A DNA stretch of 32,537 bases from Ktedonobacteraceae bacterium. Lineage in GTDB: Bacteria > Chloroflexota > Ktedonobacteria > Ktedonobacterales > Ktedonobacteraceae. The stretch is taken from the NCBI GenBank assembly GCA_035703945.1, contig DASSXK010000571.1, positions 1 to 32,537 on the forward strand, read 5' to 3'. Made by a program: the position numbers and the translations under genes. Below are positions 26,574 to 32,537 of the stretch, piece after piece (within the stretch, counting starts at the first letter, position 1; each line of letters opens with the position of its first letter). Under the pieces are notes generated by a model that did no database searches, was not told the DNA's origin, and was given only the letters and a program-made list of their open reading frames with translations.

Positions 26574-27327
26574 GGGACTCATCCTCCGAAGGCAGCAACT
26601 GAGATGGGGTCTGTTTGCCCCAACGGGTCAGCCAGCGCTGTACAAGCCGATTAGTACGAATGCTTTCTGGATCAATCGGCATGTAACCTTGATCGGTAGA
26701 GACAGAGATATGTTGGAGCCAGTCGGGAATTTCCAGGTCGGCCAGAGAATCGCTGTCTGATCCAGAGCCATTGTTCAGATCGCTAATGGGGAGGCGTGGA
26801 GTCACGTTTTTGGGGAGCTTTTCAGAGAACGGTGTTTGCCCGGTTGGCAGCGAGAAGAGGGGTGGAATGACAGAATGTGAGGTCCCCGAGCCTTGTCTGT
26901 TGGCATCCGGTGCTTGTGGCTGATTGGCTGGTGTCGTGGGTATATTTCGGGGATCAAAGCCAGGGAAGCTGCCCCAGTTAGAGAACGCATTCGAAAGTGG
27001 CTCATGCGCTGTGTCTGATGCGCTGAGTCCATTGATCGGTGTCGGCCTGGCTCCTTCGTAAGATGGTGAAATCTGCTGATTTTGAGAGGGGATAGGTGAT
27101 TGTGTAGGATTGGTACCCTGGCTTGCTGCCAACTCCCTGGCTCGTTTTTGTTGAACGAGGTAATGGGCAAGTGCAAGGAGGAGCGGATTTTCCGCTTGAG
27201 GAAGCTGTTTTCTCAGCTCCTCAAGCTTCTCCTGTACCTGCGCCTGGATGGTTTCAAGCGCTAGAAGCTGAGCACGCAATTTGCGATCTAGCGCCTGGTA
27301 CTGTAACCAATCTTGATATTGACCCAT
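26566..27327 (-). CDS. hypothetical protein: N-terminal Q/L-rich coiled coil, P/S/Q/N-rich middle, conserved-looking C-terminus
   Basis: ATG 27327 (MGQYQDWLQYQALDRKLRAQLLALETIQAQVQEKLEELRKQ) has GGGGA about 8 nt upstream. The track start at 27387 adds 20 unlikely residues. I recognise no family. Confidence 0.65.
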   Translation of the reverse strand: MGQYQDWLQYQALDRKLRAQLLALETIQAQVQEKLEELRKQLPQAENPLLLALAHYLVQQKRARELAASQGTNPTQSPIPSQNQQISPSYEGARPTPINGLSASDTAHEPLSNAFSNWGSFPGFDPRNIPTTPANQPQAPDANRQGSGTSHSVIPPLFSLPTGQTPFSEKLPKNVTPRLPISDLNNGSGSDSDSLADLEIPDWLQHISVSTDQGYMPIDPESIRTNRLVQRWLTRWGKQTPSQLLPSEDESHE

Positions 27328-27428
27328 CGATTTTTTCCCCAACTTGTCTCTAAAATGTAGCGATAGATATCGCGGAAAGTATACCATTAGGAAGCTCGGG
27401 AGACAAGCTGAGAACGGGAATCAGGACT

Positions 27429-28865
27429 TTATGCGAGTCCTTCGCGCTCTACCCCTGTCTGATGAGAGATCCTGAGCAAGATTCCGATGATGATGAAGTT
27501 CGCGATAAGCGAGCTACCACCATAACTCAGGAAAGGCAAAGGAATACCCGTCAGTGGGAAGAATTTCATATTGCCAGCGCAGATGATCAGGGTCTGAATG
27601 GCGAAAATCGAAGTCAGGCCAGCGGCCAGCAACTGCTGGAAAGAATCGCTCGCCTCAATCGCGATTCGGAAGCCGCGATAAATGATCAACAGGTAGAGGC
27701 CGATAATCGCGAAAAGACCGGCGAGACCGAGCTCTTCACCAAGCGCCACAAAGACCATGTCCGATTGAGAGACCGGCACAATCGTTGGATGTCCCAATCC
27801 CAGACCAGCCCCCAAAATGCCGCCACTGGAGAGTGCGATGATACCCTGCACAATCTGTAAGTACTGATTACTCGCGGCAAGATTAGTTGCGTCCGACCAA
27901 TCTTGCCAGTTGACCATATCCAGGCCAACCGTCGCGAAACGGTTGCGAATATAGCCCAGCAACATATAGCCGATGAAACCAAACAGGAAGAACCCAAGCA
28001 GACCAACCGCCACATAGGAAATTTTACCCGCGCCAAGGTAGATCATGCAGAGGAAAATGCTATAGACCAGCAGAGCCAGTCCAATTTCACGCACAACCAG
28101 GAAGAAGAGCAGCGAAATCACCAGCATCAACATAATTGGACCAAGCTGGCGTAGCGGTGGAAGCCTGAAGGGACCGATGCGGAAATTGCTTCTACCGGCT
28201 AAGATGTCGCGGTTCTCGCTCAGGTAGCCGGCGAAGAACACCACAATAAAGATCTTCAGAAGTTCGGATGGCTGGAGGCTGAACGGACCGATCTTCACCT
28301 GGTCGTGGGTAGGGCTATCCAGGTTGACCTTAAAGGCGTTGACAACCGTAAAGCTAACCAGGATCAGACCGAGCAAGGCAAAGGTGTATTTATAGCGTTG
28401 CAGGAAGCTCAGGTTGCGTAGCGCAAACATTGTTCCGACGCAGGCTACGGCCCCGATAATGGTCCAGATCAGTTGGTACGTTCCTAACTTGGGGTTCGGA
28501 AAAGGATTCAAATCGGGTCCCTGACGCAGTGCCATAAGGACCCCGATGCCAGTAATCATGGCCACGGCCGGAAGCAGATACTGGTCAGCCTTACTGAACT
28601 TGAAGCTAAAGATTGCATTCAGAACCAACATCAGAGCGATCAAGCCGAAAATGGGGATCAAGCCCTGAATTGGCGGCAGGCTTTTCGTGCTAAAAGGCGC
28701 GGTCGGGTCCAGCTTTGTATTTGTCAGTAGCAAGAGCTGTACCATACCAATGACCAGGATAATAAACGGAATAACCAGCAGAGAGAGCTCCCGCCAGCGA
28801 TACCGTTGAGCCTTATCGGGTACCCCGGCCTGGGATTGAGTCCTGGCTTGCTTGTAACTTTCCAT
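27429..28865 (-). CDS. SEDS family peptidoglycan glycosyltransferase (FtsW/RodA/SpoVE)
   Basis: A multi-pass membrane protein with SEDS hallmarks: PSELLKI, GLGLGHP, the VPVSQSDMVF region and the C-terminal PLPFLSYGGSSL. Confidence 0.9.
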   Translation of the reverse strand: MESYKQARTQSQAGVPDKAQRYRWRELSLLVIPFIILVIGMVQLLLLTNTKLDPTAPFSTKSLPPIQGLIPIFGLIALMLVLNAIFSFKFSKADQYLLPAVAMITGIGVLMALRQGPDLNPFPNPKLGTYQLIWTIIGAVACVGTMFALRNLSFLQRYKYTFALLGLILVSFTVVNAFKVNLDSPTHDQVKIGPFSLQPSELLKIFIVVFFAGYLSENRDILAGRSNFRIGPFRLPPLRQLGPIMLMLVISLLFFLVVREIGLALLVYSIFLCMIYLGAGKISYVAVGLLGFFLFGFIGYMLLGYIRNRFATVGLDMVNWQDWSDATNLAASNQYLQIVQGIIALSSGGILGAGLGLGHPTIVPVSQSDMVFVALGEELGLAGLFAIIGLYLLIIYRGFRIAIEASDSFQQLLAAGLTSIFAIQTLIICAGNMKFFPLTGIPLPFLSYGGSSLIANFIIIGILLRISHQTGVEREGLA

Positions 28866-28933
28866 AAGTAAAACCTTTAACGTCTATCTATAGTGCAAAG
28901 CCTGAGAGAAGGATCAGCCTATGCGTTTGCTTG

Positions 28934-29081
28934 CCATTTAAAGACACTTCGCAACGGCGCTCGCGCGCCTTCTGAAAGCTTTCCAAGCAGGCTACTTGAG
29001 AGGCTCTCCAGATGGAGCGAAGCTGGCAATTGTTCAGCAAGCATCTCAAGCGCATTCAGTCAACGAAGTGCACGGCTTACT
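28934..29081 (-). repeat. full-length copy of the structured repeat family (fhaB-like to SEDS spacer)
   Basis: It aligns end to end with 32385..32533. Shared blocks are CCATT.AAGACACTTC.CAACGGCGCTC.CGCGCCT.CTGAA.GCTTT and AGCGC.TTCAGTCA.CGAAGTG...GGCTT. The right end overlaps the fhaB-like stop codon at 29077..29079. Confidence 0.75.
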
Positions 29082-29526
29082 GTGCGAGCTTGAAGCGAAT
29101 GAAGCCGACCTGAACGATATCGCCAATTTTGGCTGGGAGAGCGTCCCGAGCGGGTTGGCTGTTCAGATAGGTTCCATTCGTGCTTCCGGCATCCTGCACA
29201 AACCAGACGCCGTTCCGGTACGTGAGGCGTGAATGCTCAGAAGAGATGAAGCTATCGGTGAGCTGGATCGTATTTGTCGGGCCGCGCCCAATTGTCGTTT
29301 GTGGCTCCAGATTAAAGCTGGTGCCGGGAATAAGTGAACTTGGGCCGCTATCGACAACGATCAGGTGTCCGACCACGCGGGGCAGATTCGCATTTCCGCC
29401 AGCATCATTAGCGAGCGCCGTTCTGCGTAGATCGCGAGTGATGGCAATGACGACCTGCATCAAAAAGAGATAGAGGAGCACGACCAGCAATATACGCAAG
29501 ATGAGTAAAAAGACATCCAGAGACAT
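29077..29526 (-). CDS. FHA domain protein with N-terminal TM helix (FhaB/FipA-like)
   Basis: N-terminal TM LLILRILLVVLLYLFLMQVVIAI. The C-terminal FHA signature is TIGRGPTNTIQLTDSFISSEHSRL...GSTNGTYLN. Confidence 0.85.
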   Translation of the reverse strand: MSLDVFLLILRILLVVLLYLFLMQVVIAITRDLRRTALANDAGGNANLPRVVGHLIVVDSGPSSLIPGTSFNLEPQTTIGRGPTNTIQLTDSFISSEHSRLTYRNGVWFVQDAGSTNGTYLNSQPARDALPAKIGDIVQVGFIRFKLAQ

Positions 29527-29539
29527 AAATCAGTTTGCC

Positions 29540-30403
29540 CTACCTTCTCTCAAAGTAGAAGTCATAATTGCCAATTGTGAAGCGGTCGCCATTACGTAAG
29601 TTATGATTGCGTAAATTTGGAGTACCATTCACGGTAATGCCGTTTGTACTGCCAAGATCGAAAATGCTAAACTGACCATTGGGTTGAAACTTCACCTGGG
29701 CATGATAGCGTGAGACACGCTTGTCTTCTACGATAATATCGTTACTGAGCTGGCGACCAATGTTCACAACAGGTTTCTCAATCCGATAAACCTGCTGGCC
29801 TGCTTGTGGTAAGCGGATAGTCAGCCAGGCTTGCGGCATGGCTGGTGCTGCGGGCTGTAGTGGGGCAGATGGATGGTTAGGGTTACTGGACCGAAAATTG
29901 GGTGAAGAACCTCCCACTTGTGGATCGGCCAGCATTTGATTGCGCATCTGGGCTAATTGTTCGGCGCTAATGGCCTGAGTTGCCATCGCCCCATCCCCAC
30001 CTTGATCTCCTGATTGGCGGTCCGACATCTCAGTTTCGATGCGTACGGAGCCGGCCCGTAAAGATGAATCGGTATGCATACGAATCACCGGAACCGTTTT
30101 CAGGGTATAGTGTCGATGCCGTGCGACGGAAACAAGATTATCCTGAAACTCTTTGATAATCCCCGACTGGCTGGCGGCCAGGCGTTGATGATCTTTGATG
30201 CTCAGGTAGATGTCATACACATTAGGAGCCAGGCGTCGATCGACGCCCTGGAGCGTGTTATCTTCCATGGCACGTTCCAGTTTTCGCGCAAGCTCCACCG
30301 GTTCCAATTTCGATGGAATGAACGAAAACATGCCCTCGACGATTCGTTGTAAGAACGCTTCTATTCGCGCTAATGGACTCTGGCGAGCTTTCACTGTGCT
30401 CAC
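29540..30403 (-). CDS. FhaA-like protein (DUF3662 N-terminal domain plus C-terminal FHA)
   Basis: The N-terminus LARIEAFLQRIVEGMFSFIPSKLEPVELARKLERAMED matches the FhaA N-domain pattern. The C-terminal FHA signature is IGRQLSNDIIVEDKRVSRYHAQV...GSTNGITVNG. GTG 30403 overlaps the ribF stop (GTGA). GTG 30394, 9 nt after GGAGG, is an alternative start. Confidence 0.85.
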   Translation of the reverse strand: MSTVKARQSPLARIEAFLQRIVEGMFSFIPSKLEPVELARKLERAMEDNTLQGVDRRLAPNVYDIYLSIKDHQRLAASQSGIIKEFQDNLVSVARHRHYTLKTVPVIRMHTDSSLRAGSVRIETEMSDRQSGDQGGDGAMATQAISAEQLAQMRNQMLADPQVGGSSPNFRSSNPNHPSAPLQPAAPAMPQAWLTIRLPQAGQQVYRIEKPVVNIGRQLSNDIIVEDKRVSRYHAQVKFQPNGQFSIFDLGSTNGITVNGTPNLRNHNLRNGDRFTIGNYDFYFERR

Positions 30404-31350
30404 CCTCCCCGTTGTAAAATCTGACGTGCTTGTTGCACATCAGTGTTAATCTGAGCTTTAAGCGCGTCAATCCCGGAGAAACGTTCTTCTCCGCGAAGGC
30501 GGGCGATAAAGTCCAGTCCAATAACCTGACCATAGAGATCAAGTTGTGTATCAAGCAGGTAAGCCTCTACAAGTAGAGTTTTCCCATTAAAGGTTGGGCG
30601 GACGCCTACATTGACTACACCCTTATAAACGGGAGAGTCAGGCCCTGGGTCACTACCCGGCGTGGGTTGGAGATGGACGTAAGCCGCGTAAACTCCATAC
30701 GCAGGTAAGAGCTTATGCGGATCGGGTATCAGGTTTGCGGTTGGAAACCCCAATTGCCTGCCACGTTCATCGCCGTGTACGACGGTCCCCTGGAACGTCA
30801 GCGGATGGCCAAGCAGTTCATTTGCTTCAGCTACCTGGCCCTCCTGTACGAGAGTGCGAATGCGAGTGCTACTGATTTTTGACTGCTCCGCCTCTTCGAG
30901 GGAGATCGGAACGACCTTAATGCCATGTTCAGAGCCATACTGCTCCAGAAAGGCGATATTTCCTTTACGGTTATGCCCCAGGCTAAAATTCGCGCCGATG
31001 ACCATGGCCTTGAGATTAAAGCGTTGCCGCAGGTCGTCAAGGAAGGCGGTGGCGCTCATATCAGCCACATCTCTGTTGAAAGGGATGACGATACTTTTCT
31101 CGATTTTTCCGTAACGATCGGTCAGCGCCAATTTTTCATCAAGCGTCGTCAGAAACTGTAGCTGTACGTCTGGACGCACTACCAGCAGGGTATGTGGTGA
31201 AAACGTGACCAGTACGGGGGTAGCACCCAATTCCTGTGCGGTATTGCGCAGCTCTTGCATCAAGCGCTGATGTCCACGGTGTACCCCATCGAAATTGCCG
31301 ATGGTGATTGCTACTGGCTCATTTGATGATAGCGTTGTCTGATATTCCAT
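30400..31350 (-). CDS. ribF: bifunctional riboflavin kinase / FMN adenylyltransferase
   Basis: The FAD synthetase motif is GNFDGVHRGHQ. The riboflavin kinase motifs are GFPTAN and the region around ...E..L. I take the ATG 31350 start, with TTG 31359 as the alternative. Confidence 0.92.
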   Translation of the reverse strand: MEYQTTLSSNEPVAITIGNFDGVHRGHQRLMQELRNTAQELGATPVLVTFSPHTLLVVRPDVQLQFLTTLDEKLALTDRYGKIEKSIVIPFNRDVADMSATAFLDDLRQRFNLKAMVIGANFSLGHNRKGNIAFLEQYGSEHGIKVVPISLEEAEQSKISSTRIRTLVQEGQVAEANELLGHPLTFQGTVVHGDERGRQLGFPTANLIPDPHKLLPAYGVYAAYVHLQPTPGSDPGPDSPVYKGVVNVGVRPTFNGKTLLVEAYLLDTQLDLYGQVIGLDFIARLRGEERFSGIDALKAQINTDVQQARQILQRGG

Positions 31351-31453
31351 GATTTGCAATATTGCCTTTTGTGTTATCAGGCTTATAGTACCACAGGTCC
31401 CTTACTCAAGCAATAAGCCCCATATGAAGGTGATCCTGAATGGTACTCCCAGC

Positions 31454-32353
31454 TTATTTTGTCTCTCCAGCCAGAACCTTTTTTGGCTGCCAGGCTTGCT
31501 TCTCCGGGTCCCACTGTGCAATTGCCAGAAATACCCCCGCTGGGTCATAGACCCTGGCGAGGTCGTTTGAACTCTGCCCCTTCACGCTTGCGGCTTCAAA
31601 GCTGTTGCCATGCAGGACCTTCTCGGTTGTGGCCTGATCCAACCTCACCTCTTGTGCAGAGGGCAGGGCGAAATCGCTTGGGAAGAGCAACTTTTCCAGT
31701 TCTCCCTTCTCCATTGCTTCCGCCAGCTCTTCCAGGCTACTGCTCTTTTCAAGGACAAACGGGCCACTACGGGTCCGAACAAGGCCACCAAGGTGAGCGC
31801 CGGTTCCTACTCGTTCTCCCAGGTCATATGCGAGAGAACGAATATATGTACCTTTGCTACATTCTACCTCAAGTGAGAGCCGGGGTGCTTGCCAATCGCT
31901 AATAGTAATGTTTGAGATTGTGATCGGTCGCGCTTCCAAAACAACTTCGGTACCGGCCCGCGCCAGTTTATAGGCTGGTTGTCCCTTGATTTTGATCGCG
32001 GAAAAGCGTGGCGGAAGCTGGAGCTGTGGTCCCAGGAAGCTTTGTACCGCTTGCTCGATTTGAGGGAGGGTAAGCTGGCTCCAATCTGAGGTGCGAATGA
32101 CCTCACCTTCGGTGTCATAGGTATCGGTGACTGTGCCAAAGATAATTTCGGCCTGATAGGCTTTTCCGCTTTCGCTAAGATATTCCGCCACACGTGTACC
32201 CTGACCGATGCAGATAGGCAAAACGCCGCTGGCGGCCGGATCAAGCGTTCCGGCATGGCCGACGCGTCGTTGCTTTACGATTTTGCGAACCCTGGCAACG
32301 ACATCGTGTGAGGTCATGCCAGTCGCTTTATGAATATTGAGAATCCCGTCCAT
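31454..32353 (-). CDS. truB: tRNA pseudouridine(55) synthase TruB
   Basis: The canonical N-terminus is MDGILNIHKATGMTSHDVV, with the catalytic motif GHAGTLDP. The GTG extension to 32398 runs into the repeat element and is rejected. Confidence 0.93.
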   Translation of the reverse strand: MDGILNIHKATGMTSHDVVARVRKIVKQRRVGHAGTLDPAASGVLPICIGQGTRVAEYLSESGKAYQAEIIFGTVTDTYDTEGEVIRTSDWSQLTLPQIEQAVQSFLGPQLQLPPRFSAIKIKGQPAYKLARAGTEVVLEARPITISNITISDWQAPRLSLEVECSKGTYIRSLAYDLGERVGTGAHLGGLVRTRSGPFVLEKSSSLEELAEAMEKGELEKLLFPSDFALPSAQEVRLDQATTEKVLHGNSFEAASVKGQSSNDLARVYDPAGVFLAIAQWDPEKQAWQPKKVLAGETK

Positions 32354-32384
32354 CTTCCAATTCTTTCCAGTTGTTAATAAGTAA

Positions 32385-32533
32385 CCATTACAAGACACTT
32401 CCCAACGGCGCTCTCGCGCCTACTGAACGCTTTGTAAGTAAGCAGCATTGGAAAGCTTCAGCCTTGATCGTTTCTGGCACGGTTCGTCCTGGCTTCTCCA
32501 GCGCGTTCAGTCAGCGAAGTGATTGGCTTGCCA
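32385..32533 (-). repeat. full-length copy of the structured repeat family, upstream of truB
   Basis: This is the reference copy. Nested complementary blocks are CACTTC (32396..32401)/GAAGTG (32517..32522), CTGAACGC (32423..32430)/GCGTTCAG (32503..32510) and TGGAAAG (32449..32455)/CTTcTCCA (32493..32500). A local hairpin is GGCGC-TCTC-GCGCC (32407..32420). Confidence 0.8.
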
Positions 32534-32537
32534 GTTC

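Noticed and set aside
28893-29232. Plus-strand ORFs of 66 and 78 aa across the repeat copy and the fhaB-like 3' end.
   Set aside because: They lie within a repeat whose other copies do not keep an open frame, and they are antisense to a supported FHA gene.
31360-31453. Possible FMN riboswitch or other known leader in front of ribF.
   Set aside because: A local stem is present: AGTACCA..CAGG pairs with CCTG..TGGTACT. None of the conserved FMN-element sequence blocks I remember is present, and ribF is not normally riboswitch-controlled.
32354-32398. N-terminal extensions in the ORF track: truB to 32398, radA to 3000, pgl to 12695, NUDIX from 7852, orf273 to 27387, tal to 18811, and the yacL-like gene to 1248.
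   Set aside because: The extensions use GTG/TTG or SD-less starts. They add residues absent from the canonical family N-termini, and several run through repeats or terminator-like hairpins. Internal ATGs with properly spaced SD sequences are preferred.
15835-32533. Whether the repeated element could be a CRISPR array.
   Set aside because: The copies are kilobases apart, differ in length and sequence, and one is inverted. There are no regularly spaced short direct repeats or cas genes.
1-32537. Mobile genetic element, genomic island or defence system.
   Set aside because: I recognised no integrase, transposase, recombinase, toxin-antitoxin pair, restriction-modification genes, cas genes, reverse transcriptase, or phage structural genes. 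Composition looks uniform apart from the AT-rich intergenic spacers.

Overview
The window is core chromosome from a moderate-GC bacterium. It is almost entirely coding, and about 20 of the roughly 24 genes lie on the minus strand. I saw no transposase, integrase, CRISPR array, tRNA or rRNA.

Gene order, read along the minus strand from the right edge:
- truB, ribF, fhaA-like, fhaB-like, a SEDS (FtsW/RodA) gene, then two translationally coupled unknown genes encoding disorder-rich proteins
- a convergent plus-strand LapA-domain Pro-rich membrane protein
- mutS
- a complete pentose-phosphate cluster: tkt, tal, pgi, zwf, opcA, pgl, rpe
- a small mixed block: DinB-like, P1/DmpA peptidase, a tail-anchored hypothetical, a NUDIX CoA pyrophosphatase
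- rpsA, clpC, radA and a yacL-like PIN/TRAM gene

The synteny mixes Firmicutes-like (clpC-radA-yacL) and Actinobacteria-like (tkt-tal-zwf-opcA-pgl; fhaA-fhaB-rodA) arrangements. This fits a Terrabacteria lineage, and my unverified guess is Chloroflexota, Ktedonobacteria-like.

The most unusual signal is not a gene. It is a structured intergenic repeat family of about 149 nt with four loci in this window: two full-length copies, one 64-nt internal-deletion variant and one solo arm.
- All four copies share the same orientation relative to the flanking genes.
- Nested helices show compensatory changes between the two full-length copies.
- A small hairpin has GNRA loops only on the gene-sense strand.

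Secondary items:
- the kinase-less FHA-FHA-SEDS cluster and its two coupled unknown genes
- a 13-bp perfect inverted repeat in front of the NUDIX gene
- a nested-helix element in the mutS/lapA-like divergent spacer
- terminator-like hairpins inside the pentose-phosphate cluster

All calls rest on reading the translations and the sequence by eye. No database search was run.
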